A stretch of DNA of 64,000 bases from an uncultured delta proteobacterium (GTDB lineage Bacteria > Myxococcota > Myxococcia > Myxococcales > Myxococcaceae): the NCBI GenBank assembly GCA_963771175.1, contig CAVYSY010000021.1:32001-96000 (forward strand). The letters are read 5' to 3'. The translations under genes and the position numbers were made by a program. Below, piece by piece: positions 52,913 to 63,457 of the stretch; the first letter of the stretch is position 1, and each line of letters opens with the position of its first letter. The notes below the pieces were generated by a model. That model did not search any database and was not told the DNA's origin. It saw only the letters and a list, made by a program, of their open reading frames with translations.

Positions 52913-54802
52913 ATGAGCCACACGAAGTCGTCCCTCCTGCGGGGGACGCGCAGCAGTGGCGCGCGCTCGTCGACGCGTTCGGCGGGAGTCGTGCGCCTGT
53001 CCGCTGTCGCCACGATGCTGCTCGCCTCGGCCGCGCTCGCGCAGCCCTCGGGCCTGCCGGAGTTCGAGCTGGAGCGTCTGGAGTTGAACCCCAACGGCAA
53101 GGGCTCGCTGCTGATGGGCACTGGCGAGCTGCTGCCGGCGGGCGGCTTCCGCCTCTCGCTCGCGGGGCAGTACGAGAATGATCCGCTCGTGATGTACCGC
53201 GATGGCAACCGGCTGGGCTCGGTGGTGGGAGACCGGGTGACGGCGCACCTGCTGGCGGCCTGGGCCCCGATGCGGTGGCTGGAACTCGGCGTGCAGCTCC
53301 CCGTGGTGGCCTGGCAGCGCGGGGAGGACCTCTCCGCACAGGGCGTCGGGGCTCCGGCCCGCACGGGCCTGTCCACGCCGACTGTCCAGGTGCGGCTGGG
53401 GCTGCTCTCGCAGCGGCGGGACGCTCCGGTGGACCTGGCGCTCGAGCTGGGCGCGGGGCTTCCGGTGGGCAGCGCGGACGCGCTCTCGCGGGACCGCGGC
53501 GTCCGGCTGTCGCCCAAGGTGATGGCGGGCCGGCGCTTCGGCGGGCTCCGCGCGGGTGTGGAGGCCGGCATGCTGGTGCGGTCCTCGGTCGCCCTCAGCG
53601 AGGATGCGGACATCCAGGACGAGCTGGGCAACGAGGTGCGCCTGGGCGCGGTGCTCGCCACCACGGGTGATGGGCTGCGCGGAGAGCTCAACGTGCGCGG
53701 CACCCTGCCGCTCACTCGCGAGCCGAGCTCCCTGGAGCTGCTGGCCGGTCTGCGGCTGCCCGTGGGCGAGTCGACCGAAATCTATGTGCTCGGCGGTCCT
53801 GGCTTCGGTGACGCTCCGGGAACGCCCACCTTCCGCCTGCTGCTCGGCGCGGCCTTCGGTAGTGGGGAGGAGCCGGACGCCTCGCGTCGTGACGATGACG
53901 GCGATGGCGTGAAGAACGCCGACGACACGTGCCCCTCCGTTGCGGGTCCGGCCGAGCGCCAGGGCTGCCCGGTGAAGGACACGGACCAGGACGGCATCGA
54001 GGACGCCGCCGACACCTGCCCCACCGAGGCGGGCCCGGCCGAGCGTCAGGGCTGCCCGGCGAAGGACGCGGACCAGGACGGCATCGAGGACGCCGCGGAC
54101 AAGTGCCCCGCAGAGGCGGGCCCGACCGAGCGCCAGGGCTGCCCGGTGAGGGATGCGGACCAGGACGGCATCGAGGACGCGGCGGACAAGTGCCCCACCG
54201 AGGCGGGTCCGGCCGAGCGCCAGGGCTGCCCGGTGAAGGATGCGGACCAGGACGGCATCGAGGACGCGGCGGACAAGTGCCCCACCGAGGCGGGCCTGGT
54301 GGAGCTGCGCGGTTGCCCGGCGAAGGACTCGGACGGCGACAGCGTGGCGGACCACCTGGACAACTGCCCCACCGAGAAGGGCGTGGCCACCAACGCGGGC
54401 TGCCCGGTGCAGCAGAAGCAGCTCGTGGCCATCCAGACGGGCAAGCTGGAGATCAAGGAGTCGGTGTTCTTCGCCACGGGCAAGTCCGTCATCCAGACGC
54501 GCTCCTTCAAGATGCTGGACCAGGTGGCCAAGGTGCTCCAGCAGCACCCCGAGGTCGACAAGGTGGTCATCGAGGGCCACACGGATGACCGGGGCAACGC
54601 GGAGGCCAACCGCAAGCTGTCGCAGGCGCGGGCCGAGGCGGTGAAGAGCTACCTCGCGAGCAAGGGCGTGGATCCGTCGCGCCTGGAGGCGAAGGGCTTC
54701 GGGCCGGACCGTCCCCTCGCGACCAACAAGACGGAGAAGGGCCGCGCGGCCAACCGGCGCGTGGAGTTCATCATCGTCACCCCCGAGCGCGAGCTGAAGT
54801 AG
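52913..54802 (+). CDS. TraB-like outer-membrane protein: beta-barrel, TSP3 repeats, OmpA domain
   Basis: Signal peptide, amphipathic beta strands, six D.D.DG..D..D.CP repeats, IEGHTDDRG..NRKLSQARAEAV..NRRVEF. Confidence 0.92.
   Translation: MSHTKSSLLRGTRSSGARSSTRSAGVVRLSAVATMLLASAALAQPSGLPEFELERLELNPNGKGSLLMGTGELLPAGGFRLSLAGQYENDPLVMYRDGNRLGSVVGDRVTAHLLAAWAPMRWLELGVQLPVVAWQRGEDLSAQGVGAPARTGLSTPTVQVRLGLLSQRRDAPVDLALELGAGLPVGSADALSRDRGVRLSPKVMAGRRFGGLRAGVEAGMLVRSSVALSEDADIQDELGNEVRLGAVLATTGDGLRGELNVRGTLPLTREPSSLELLAGLRLPVGESTEIYVLGGPGFGDAPGTPTFRLLLGAAFGSGEEPDASRRDDDGDGVKNADDTCPSVAGPAERQGCPVKDTDQDGIEDAADTCPTEAGPAERQGCPAKDADQDGIEDAADKCPAEAGPTERQGCPVRDADQDGIEDAADKCPTEAGPAERQGCPVKDADQDGIEDAADKCPTEAGLVELRGCPAKDSDGDSVADHLDNCPTEKGVATNAGCPVQQKQLVAIQTGKLEIKESVFFATGKSVIQTRSFKMLDQVAKVLQQHPEVDKVVIEGHTDDRGNAEANRKLSQARAEAVKSYLASKGVDPSRLEAKGFGPDRPLATNKTEKGRAANRRVEFIIVTPERELK
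53894..54408 (+). repeat. Intragenic 87-bp tandem repeat (thrombospondin type-3 units)
   Basis: GACCAGGACGGCATCGAGGACGC recurs at 53984, 54071, 54158 and 54245, plus two diverged flanking units. Confidence 0.9.
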
Positions 54803-54820
54803 CCGAAGGAATCGAAAGTC

Positions 54821-57719
54821 ATGAGCAATCCATTCATGAAGAAGTGGCTCTCGGGCGCGCTGTGTGCGCTGGCTCTCGGCTCGACGGCGGCGCTGGCCGA
54901 GCCGGACTCGTTCGGGCTGGGCGACGGGCACAGCGGTGCCCTCTCGGTGACGACCGCCGGCAGCATCATCATCAACAGCTATGTCCCGGTGACGGGGCCT
55001 CTGGCGCCGGGGGACAGCTCCATCCCGGTGGGGACGTGCACGGGCGATGCCTCCTGCTTCAAGGCCGGAGATCTGGTCATGGTGCTGCAGACGACGGGCC
55101 TCGTGCCCGCGCCGGGCTCCGGCGACACGTCGACCCTCCATCTCACTGGAGCCAACCCCGTGGGCCGCTGGGAGTTCGCGCGGCTGGCCTCGGTCTCGGG
55201 GACGACGCTGACGCTGACGGCGCCGCTCATCTACGACTACGCCGCCAACGTGACCCAGGTCATCCGGGTTCCCGAGTACACGGACGTCACCATCACCATC
55301 AGCACCGGCAGAATCATCGCGCCGGCCTGGGATGGGAGCACCGGTGGAGTCATCGCGTTCCTGGCCACCGGCGTCGTCTCCAATGCCGGGCAGATCAACG
55401 CGAGCCTGCTCGGGTTCCGCGGAGGCAAGTACGTCAATGATGACGGCACGGGTTTCGGCTGCAATGGGCTGGATGAGCCCATTGGCGTCCGAGTCCGCTG
55501 ACCTCCTTCCGAGGCGCGCAGAAGGGCGAGGGCTTCGCCATTACTCGCTACGGACCCTCGCACACCGGTTTCGGAAATGTGGCCAACGGAGGGGGTGGCG
55601 GCGTCTGCTCCAAGACCGGCGGTGGTGGTGGGGGCAACGGCGGCGCTGGCGGCCAGGGTGGTTGGTCGGACTCCGCTGATGGCTCCAGGCCCTACGGTGG
55701 CCTGGGGGGCACGGAGATCGAGCACAACGATGGCTCGCTTCTTACCCGCCTCCCGTTGGGAGGCGGTGGTGGCGCGGGACACGGGGTCGACTCCTCCGGC
55801 GTGCCGGGCGGGAGGGGCGGAGGCATCGTCTTCATCCGCGCGAAGCAGCTCACGGGTACGGGCTCCATCCAGGCGAATGGTGAGTCCGGTCTCCCTGACC
55901 ACATCCGATGCCTCCAGTGGCGGTGGCGCGGGCGGTACCCTCTACCTGCGCTTCACCGAGGCCGCCGCGTGCGCCTCCCAGATCAGCGTGGTCGCCAAGG
56001 GGGGGCTCGGCGGCAGCTCGGGACGCCGCGTTGGTCGGTCCCGGTGGTGGAGGCGGCGGGGGCCGCATGCTGTTCCAGTCCGCGGGCGGCACCTGCGTCA
56101 CCACGACCTCGCCGCCCTTCATCGGCCCCAACAACGTGGGAGGGGCCAACCCGGGCTCGCAGCAGGACACGAGCTCTCCCTCGTATGGCGCTCAGGTGGG
56201 ACAGCCGGGTGACTTCGACAAGCGGTCCACGGGGTTCGTCGTGCCGCCAGTGCCCGAGGTGAGCACGCCCGCGGACAAGTCCTTTACCAGCAACCCCCGG
56301 CCCGTCATCACGGGCACGGCCAGTCCCAGCACCACGGTGGTCATCTACATCGATGGGGTCGCGGTAGGTCAGACGACGTCCGACGCCGCCGGCAACTACA
56401 CCTTCGTGCCGACCACGGCTCTCTCCGAGGGGAGCCACGTGGTGCAGGCGGCCACGGAGATCGAACTCGTGCAGAGCGCCAGGAGCACGGGCAACACCTT
56501 CACCGTGGACCTCACGCCGCCGAACACGTTGATCGTCTCGAGCCCGCCGGGCACCACCAATTCGACGAGCGCGACGTTCGATTTCAACTACGCGGGGACG
56601 GAGACGGGCACCGTCACGTACGAGTGCAAGCTGGACACCGAGGCGGCCTTCACTCCGTGCCCCGATCCGAAGACGTACACGAACCTGGGGGAGGGGCCGC
56701 ACACGCTGCTGGTGCGCGCCATGGATGCCGCGGGCAACGTGGACTCCTCGCCGGCCCGCTACGACTGGACCGTGGACCTCACGCCGCCAGAGACCAAGAT
56801 TGTCTCGGGCCCGGCGAGCCTCACGCGCGAGACGAGTGCCACGTTCGACTTCGACGTGGTGACGCCGGAGCCGGGCGTGACGTACGAGTGCAAGCTGGAC
56901 ACCGAGGCGGACTTCACCCCGTGCGCGGACCCGAAGACGTACATGGGTCTGGGTGAGGGGATGCACTCGCTGCAGGTGCGCGCCGTGGATGCCCTGGGCA
57001 ACGCGGACCTCTCGCCGGCCAGCTACACCTGGACGGTGGACACCGTGGCGCCCGCAGCGCCCGTGGTGAGCGAGACGCTGGAGGGCGCGACGTTCGAGAC
57101 CCCCACGCCGCCCATCACCGGTACGGCAGAGCCCGGGAGCACCGTCACCATCATCATCGACGGTGTGGCGGTGGGCACCACCACGGCGGATGCGGCCGGA
57201 AGCTGGAACTACACGCCGACCTCGCCGCTGTCGGAGGGCTCGCACGAGGTGAAGGCCCGCGCCACGGACCCGGCCGGCAACGACGGCCCCGTGTCCGGCG
57301 GCCGCACCTTCTCCATCCAGGACTCCACGAGGCCGGAGACCACCATCACTTCCGGTCCCTCGGGCTCCACCCCGGAGCGCGGCGCGACGTTCGAGTTCGG
57401 CTCGAACGAGCCGGGCGTCACCTTCGAGTGCAGCCTGGATGGCGCCGCCTACACCCCGTGCACGTCGCCGGTCACCTTCAACGACCTGGCTCCGGGCGAG
57501 CACACCTTCCAGGTGCGCGCGCGCGACGCCGCGGGCAACGAGGACACCACCCCGGATACCCGCACCTGGACCGTTACCGAGAGCACGGGCAACGGGGGTG
57601 GGGACATCTCCTTCCGCGGCGACGGCTTCGGCTGCTCGGCCACGGGCGGGGACTCCACGCTGGTGCTGATGGGTCTGGGCTCGTTCCTCGCGCTGGCCCG
57701 CCGCCGGCGCCGGAACTAG
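54821..57719 (+). CDS. AgmC-like cell-surface protein with Gly-rich region, Ig-like repeats and MYXO-CTERM (about 3 frameshifts)
   Basis: Signal peptide then AEPDSFGLGDGHSGAL, TQVIRVPEYT, WDGSTGGVIAF, five Ig-like repeats (VDLTPP.T.I..), C-terminus GFGCSATGGDSTLVLMGLGSFLALARRRRRN. Confidence 0.87.
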
Positions 57720-57739
57720 CGCTCCACGTGTCGTGATTC

Positions 57740-57781
57740 AGGCCGGGCTCCCCTCTCATCGAGGTGGAGCCCGGCCTTTTT
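57740..57781 (+). terminator. Intrinsic terminator between convergent genes
   Basis: AGGCCGGGCTCC...GGAGCCCGGCCT followed by TTTT. Confidence 0.85.
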
Positions 57782-57787
57782 CGTGCC

Positions 57788-59356
57788 TCAGTGGACCTGC
57801 TGGGACGAGCCGGTGAGGGGGTGCTCGGGTTTGGGCGGGGTGGCACTGGCGGCGGCCAGCAGGGGCAACGCCACATAGAAGGTGGAGCCCCGGCCCACCT
57901 CGCTCTCCACCCAGATGCGGCCGCCGTGGCGCTCCACGATGTCCCGGCTGATGTAGAGGCCCAGCCCCAGCCCGCCGTAGGACGTGACGGCGACGTTCCG
58001 GGCGCGGAAGTAGCGCTCGAAGAGCTGCTCCAGCTGGTCGCTCGGGATGCCGATGCCCTTGTCCGTCACCAAGAGCAGCGCGAAGTCGTCGTTCACCTCC
58101 AGCGACACGCGGACGGTGCTGTCCCCGGGGCTGTACTTGAGGGCGTTCTCCACCAGGTTGGCGATGACCTGCTCGAGCCGGTACGGGTCCCCGCGGATGC
58201 GCACCGGCTGGGCCGGATGCGTGAAGTCGATGCGGTGCTGGCCCCGGTCCACGTCCATGGTGGACAGCACATGCTTCACCAGCGTGTCCAGCCGGGTGGG
58301 CTCGAAGTGCAGCGCGAGCCGGCCCGCCTCGATGCGCGAGGCATCCAGCAGGTCATTGATGAGCGCCGTCAGCCGTACCAGGTGCTGGCGAGCGTGGCGC
58401 AGCAGCGCGGGGTCCACCGGCTCGTTGCGCTCCAGGCGGCGCTCCAGGCTGGCCAGCCGCAGCGACAGCGGGGTGAGTGGTGTCTTCAGCTCGTGCGAGG
58501 CGATGGTGAGGAAGTCGTCGCGCACGCGGATGGCTTCCTGGGCCTCGCGGAAGAGGCGAGTGCGCTCGGCCTCCGCCCTGCGCTGCTCGGTGACGTCCTC
58601 GACGATGCCCACGCCGCCCTCCACCTGCCCGTCCTCGTTGAGGTAGGGGGCGATGTGGATGCGCACCGGGGTGACCTTGTCCGCGGTGAGCGAGTGGTAG
58701 TCCCCCTCGTAGTACGCGTGGCGCCCGGCGAGCACGTCGCGCACGCAGGACATGAGGGCATCGTCATGGAGGGTGAGCAGGTTCAGCCCGATGAGCATCC
58801 GCTTGGACGAGCCGATGATGCGCACGAAGTATTCGTTGCACGCGACCAGGGTGGGCGTGGTGTCGAAGTGGAAGAGGCCCAACGGGGCGTTCTCGAAGAC
58901 GAGGTGATAGGCGCGCTCCCCGGCGGAACCGGGGTCCGCGGTGCGCGTGTGGACGGCGGAGGACAGCCGCTCCAGGGGCTCGTCGGTGTAGTCGGGGTAC
59001 TCGGGCGGGCGTCGCAGCACCAGGGAGATGCGCTCCCCGGAGCCCTCGCCCGTGGTGCCCGCTGTCACCTCCACCTCCAACTCCGGTCCATTCCGGTGCA
59101 GCATGGACACCCGGATGGGGCGTCCCCCCAGCGCGCGCCGCCGCCCCAGCAGGTAGCGCACGAAGGAGTGACCCTCGAAGGACCGCAGGCGCTCGGGGAT
59201 GAGGCGGGCGAGGGGTTGTCCTTTCAGCTCCTTCAGTGTCCAGCCGAGCAGTCGTTCGGACGCGGAATTCACGTAGAGGACGCGCTCGTCGCCATCGCAG
59301 GCCACGAGCGGATCCGCCATCGCGTCCATCAGCAGCCTGAAGTCATCGCCAGCCAT
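57788..59356 (-). CDS. Double-PAS sensor histidine kinase (canonical)
   Basis: ASHELKTPL, NLVENALKYS, DKGIGIP, LFERYFR, GGLGLGLYIS. Confidence 0.93.
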   Translation of the reverse strand: MAGDDFRLLMDAMADPLVACDGDERVLYVNSASERLLGWTLKELKGQPLARLIPERLRSFEGHSFVRYLLGRRRALGGRPIRVSMLHRNGPELEVEVTAGTTGEGSGERISLVLRRPPEYPDYTDEPLERLSSAVHTRTADPGSAGERAYHLVFENAPLGLFHFDTTPTLVACNEYFVRIIGSSKRMLIGLNLLTLHDDALMSCVRDVLAGRHAYYEGDYHSLTADKVTPVRIHIAPYLNEDGQVEGGVGIVEDVTEQRRAEAERTRLFREAQEAIRVRDDFLTIASHELKTPLTPLSLRLASLERRLERNEPVDPALLRHARQHLVRLTALINDLLDASRIEAGRLALHFEPTRLDTLVKHVLSTMDVDRGQHRIDFTHPAQPVRIRGDPYRLEQVIANLVENALKYSPGDSTVRVSLEVNDDFALLLVTDKGIGIPSDQLEQLFERYFRARNVAVTSYGGLGLGLYISRDIVERHGGRIWVESEVGRGSTFYVALPLLAAASATPPKPEHPLTGSSQQVH

Positions 59357-59493
59357 GCCTTCCCTCTACGGAGGGAGTCACCTCCAGAGCCTACAGGGTA
59401 GATACGGAGGACCCGCCCCGTGAGTGCCTGAGTGCCTGACAGCAGCGGGTTGGAGCCCGGCTCGCGGAGCGGGGGAGGGATCGCCGCACTGAC

Positions 59494-60504
59494 TCACGGC
59501 CCGCCAGTCGCGGGGGGCTCGCCGGCCGGCATGGGCACTTCGCGTCGCGCGGCGGGCGGCTCCAGTTGGAAGCGCGCGATGAGGGGCATGTGGTCCGACA
59601 GGCCGTGGAAGCGGCTGCGTGTGTCCCCGAAGGGATTCGTCTCGTCGGTGTCCTGCCAGCGCACCCCGGCTCCGGAGAAGATGTGGTCCAGGTGCATGCG
59701 CATGTGCATGAAGCCGGCGGTGGGAAAGCCGCGCGAGGTCTTCGGGTCTATCTGGCCCACCGCCGCCTGGGCAGAGGTGAAGCTGGCTTCGTCGCACAGG
59801 TAGTGGAAGACGGGGGAGGCCGGGGGCGAGTTGAAGTCCCCGCAGATGAGGAAGGGCTCGCCGGCTGATTGATGCCGCACCAGCTCGGCGAGGGCGCGCG
59901 CCTCGTGGAGCTGGTTGATGCCGTTGCCCATCTTGTCCTTGGTGGACCAGAAGGCCCGGGAGAAGGGGGTGGGCAGGCTGAGGTGGGTGTTGAAGACGTG
60001 GAGCGGCAGCCCGTCCTCCATGCGCAGCAGGCGCATGTGCGCGCAGATGCGGCTCTGCTTGCGCTCACGCAGCATCCGCACGTGATGGTGGGTGATTTGA
60101 TGGGGCGCGTCCACGTTGTGGGTGTCCACCATGAGCCGCTGGGTGTTGACGAGGATGGCCAGCCCGGTGGTGTAGAGGGAGAACTCCCCCAGCTTGTAGC
60201 GGTGGGCGCGGAAGTAGTAGGCCTCGTAGGGCATGGGCCGGCGCAGGTTGGCGAACGTCTCCTCCATGCGCCCCATGAAGGCCTCGAGCTGCGTCTCGCC
60301 CGGGCGGGCGGGCCGGTGGGCGATGCTGCTGCGGAAGGACTGCGTCTCCACCTCCTGCAAGCAGATGATGTCCGGTAGCGGGTCCAGTGCGGCCAGCGCG
60401 GCGGACACCCGCCGCTTGGGGCCCAGCGTGCTGGCGAGCCCGCGCAAGGCGTGTCCGAAGTACCGGACGTTGTAGCTGACGATGCGTAGAGGCGTTGGGG
60501 CCAT
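59494..60504 (-). CDS. Endonuclease/exonuclease/phosphatase family protein
   Basis: LRIVSYNV, DIICLQEV, VFNTHL, ICGDFNS, LDHIF, SDHMPL. Confidence 0.92.
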   Translation of the reverse strand: MAPTPLRIVSYNVRYFGHALRGLASTLGPKRRVSAALAALDPLPDIICLQEVETQSFRSSIAHRPARPGETQLEAFMGRMEETFANLRRPMPYEAYYFRAHRYKLGEFSLYTTGLAILVNTQRLMVDTHNVDAPHQITHHHVRMLRERKQSRICAHMRLLRMEDGLPLHVFNTHLSLPTPFSRAFWSTKDKMGNGINQLHEARALAELVRHQSAGEPFLICGDFNSPPASPVFHYLCDEASFTSAQAAVGQIDPKTSRGFPTAGFMHMRMHLDHIFSGAGVRWQDTDETNPFGDTRSRFHGLSDHMPLIARFQLEPPAARREVPMPAGEPPATGGP

Positions 60505-60728
60505 GCTCGCTCGTGCGCCGTGTGGAAGAGGGAAGTAGGGGGAAGTTACTGCTTTTCTTCGTCGGGGGGGAGCGCCCTGGACCTTGCGTCCCGGCCCAGG
60601 ACACGGATACTTCGCCGCCACCAGGGATGCTTGGCAGCCCTGGTGGCGTGCAACCCGCCCGCTGGCCGGTAGCGGGCCTGGAATCCGGCGCGGCCCCCCC
60701 GCGCCCCCCAAGACGGAAAAGGAACAAC

Positions 60729-61256
60729 ATGAACATGCGTTCGACGCTGTGCGCGGTCGCGGTGGCTGGTGGTCTGCTGGGCTGCAATCCGCAGCCCGAA
60801 TACTACCGGGTAGCCATCGATGACGCGCCGCTGAACAACCTTCCCTCGAGCTGCTACGCGGGCGGCACCGCGCCCGCGCCGCGGGGCGACACCGTGAACG
60901 ACGTGCAGCAGTGGGTCCTCTGGGAGGGCGTCGAGGACCGCAAGTACCTGCAGGTGGGTGCCATCAACTACGACATGGGGGACGCGGACACCGTGAACAT
61001 CCCCGGTGACGCCATCCCGAGCTCCGGCGAGGGGGAGAAGCTGACCTTCGTCGCCGAGCGGACGTTGAGCAACCCCAGCCGCACCTTCCGGGCCACCTAC
61101 ACCTTCGACAAGGAGCCGGGGGACACCCTGGAGGGCTCGCTGGCGCTGAGCTCCACCTGCACCGGCACCGGCTGCGATCCCAACTGCGAGGCCTCGCTGC
61201 GCTTCACGGGCCGCCGCATCACCGCGGACCAGGAGCTGCCGGTCTCCGGTCAGTAG
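60729..61256 (+). CDS. Hypothetical lipoprotein
   Basis: AAGGA RBS; lipobox GLLGC; beta-rich body. Confidence 0.8.
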   Translation: MNMRSTLCAVAVAGGLLGCNPQPEYYRVAIDDAPLNNLPSSCYAGGTAPAPRGDTVNDVQQWVLWEGVEDRKYLQVGAINYDMGDADTVNIPGDAIPSSGEGEKLTFVAERTLSNPSRTFRATYTFDKEPGDTLEGSLALSSTCTGTGCDPNCEASLRFTGRRITADQELPVSGQ

Positions 61257-61347
61257 TACCGGGCGGGGTGGCCCCGGCGGGCCGGTGGCCACCCCCTCCG
61301 CCGGGCAGGCGACGGGCGCGAGTCGGTGTTAAAGGAGAGGACACGCC

Positions 61348-62190
61348 ATGACGTCCTCTCCTCCTCGTTTCCGTGGAACCGATACCTACCTCTCCAGCGA
61401 GGGCCTCCAGGCCGCCGTCAATTGCGCGCTGACGCTCCAGCGCCCGTTGCTGGTGCGCGGCGAGCCGGGCACGGGCAAGACGCTGCTCGCCGAGGCCGTT
61501 GCCCAGAGCCTGGGCTTGCGCCTGCTCACCTGGCACGTGAAGAGCACCACGCGCGCCCAGGATGGCCTGTACGTCTACGACACCGTGCAGCGCCTGTATG
61601 ACTCGCGCTTCGGCGATGGGGACGTGCGCGACATCCGCCGCTACATCCGCCTGGGGCCCCTGGGTGAGTCCTTCGCCTCGAAGGAGCGCGTGGTGCTGCT
61701 CATCGACGAGGTGGACAAGGCGGACGTGGAGTTCCCCAACGACCTGCTCCACGAGCTGGACCGGATGCGCTTCCGCGTCACGGAGACCAACGAGGACGTG
61801 GCGGCCACGCACCGCCCGGTGGTCATCATCACCAGCAACAACGAGAAGGAGTTGCCGGACGCCTTCCTGCGCCGGTGCGTCTTCCACTTCATCGACTTCC
61901 CGGACCAGGAGCTGATGCGGCGCATCGTCGAGGTGCACCACCCGGGGCTGGACGCGTCGCTGACGGAGCAGGCGCTCAAGGTCTTCTACGAGCTGCGCGG
62001 CTTCACGCGGCTGCGCAAGCGGCCCACCACCAGCGAGCTCGTCGACTGGATTTCGGTGCTCAAGGCCAACGGCGTCGCCCACGTGAAGCTGGACGAGAAC
62101 CTGCCGTTCCTGGGGGCGCTGCTCAAGCGCGAGCAGGACCTGATGGCGGTGGCGGAGGCCTTCGGGCGGGGCCGCCGGACGAAGGCCTGA
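61348..62190 (+). CDS. MoxR/CoxD-type AAA+ ATPase
   Basis: PLLVRGEPGTGKT, LLIDEVDKADVEFPNDLL, ELPDAFLRRC. Confidence 0.93.
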   Translation: MTSSPPRFRGTDTYLSSEGLQAAVNCALTLQRPLLVRGEPGTGKTLLAEAVAQSLGLRLLTWHVKSTTRAQDGLYVYDTVQRLYDSRFGDGDVRDIRRYIRLGPLGESFASKERVVLLIDEVDKADVEFPNDLLHELDRMRFRVTETNEDVAATHRPVVIITSNNEKELPDAFLRRCVFHFIDFPDQELMRRIVEVHHPGLDASLTEQALKVFYELRGFTRLRKRPTTSELVDWISVLKANGVAHVKLDENLPFLGALLKREQDLMAVAEAFGRGRRTKA

Positions 62191-62203
62191 GCGAGGGCGC
62201 GCC

Positions 62204-63411
62204 ATGTTCCTGCCCTTCCTCTACGAGTTGCGGCGGCGCGGAGTGCCGGTGGGCGCGCAGGAGGCGCTCGCGCTGGCGGAGGCGCTGAAGGCGGGGCTGC
62301 ACGACAGCTCGCTGGACGGCTTCTACCACGTGGCGCGCGCGCTGCTGGTGCACGCGGAGACGCACCTGGATGCCTTCGACCAGGCCTTCCTCTCACACTT
62401 CAAGGGCATGGAGGGCTCGGGGCAGCAGCTCGCGCAGGAGCTGCTCGAATGGCTGAAGGACGCGCGCGAGCGGCGTGAGCTCACCCCCGAGGAGCGCGAG
62501 CTGCTGGAGCACTTCGACGTGGAGGAGCTGGAGAAGCTCTTCCAGGAGCGCCTGGACGAGCAGCGCGAGCGGCACGACGGCGGGACGAAGTGGGTTGGGA
62601 CGGGAGGGGCCTCGCCCTTCGGGAACTCGGGGCACCCGCGCGAGGGCATCCGGGTGGGCGGCGAGGGCGCCCAGGGCGGTGGCGGCCGCATGGCGATGAA
62701 GATCGCCGGAGCGCGCAAGTACCGGGCTACCGGGGTGACGTGGTGCTGGACACGCGGCAGCTCGCGGTGGCGCTGCGCAAGCTGCGGGCCTTCGCTCGCG
62801 AGGGCGTGGCGGACGAGCTGGACGTGGAGGGCTCCATCGCCGCCACGGCGAAGAACGCGGGCGAGCTGGAGGTGGTGACGCGCCCGCCGCGCCGGCCCAA
62901 CACGCGCGTGGTGCTGCTGATGGACGTGGGCGGCTCCATGGACCCGTACGCGCACCTGGTGAGCAAGCTCTTCTCGGTGGCGAAGCAGGCCACGCACTTC
63001 AAGGAGCTGCGCACCTACTACTTCCACAACTGCGTGTACGGACGCGTCTTCGACTCGCCACACATGGTGGGGGGCCTCAGCGTGCCGGACCTGCTGGGGC
63101 AGGTGGGGCGCCACCACAAGCTGGTGGTGGTGGGTGATGCGCTGATGGCGCCGTACGAGCTGACGATGCGCACCAACTCGGAGGGCCGCTACGACCCGGA
63201 GAACGGGAAGGAGGGGCTGGTGTGGCTGATGGAGCTGGCGCGGCACTTCGAGCGCAGCGCCTGGCTCAACCCGGAGCCTCCGCAGACGTGGCGGGGCAAC
63301 ACCATCCATGCGGTGAAGAATGTTTTCGACATGTTCCCCCTGACGGTGGAGGGACTGGGCGAGGCGGTGGCGCACCTGACGAAGGGGCGCATGGTGCGCG
63401 GTCGCCGATAG
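62204..63411 (+). CDS. VWA-domain (CoxE-like) partner protein (frameshift at about 62725)
   Basis: GGTKWVGTGGASPFG, ELDVEGSIAAT, LLMDVGGSM, YFHNCVY, VGDALMAPYE, WLNP. Confidence 0.9.
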
Positions 63412-63457
63412 CTGGAGTATCGTCCCGCCGCGTTTTCACATCGCAGGGGGTCATGAA

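Noticed and set aside
54821..57719. Calling this gene traA
   Set aside because: It lacks TraA's PA14-like and Cys-rich repeats and has an AgmC-type N-terminus with Ig-like repeats instead.
59421..59439. TGAGTGCC tandem duplication between genes
   Set aside because: Only two 8-bp copies, with no supporting context.
61348..63411. CO dehydrogenase cluster
   Set aside because: Only the generic MoxR/VWA chaperone pair is present; no coxLMS genes.
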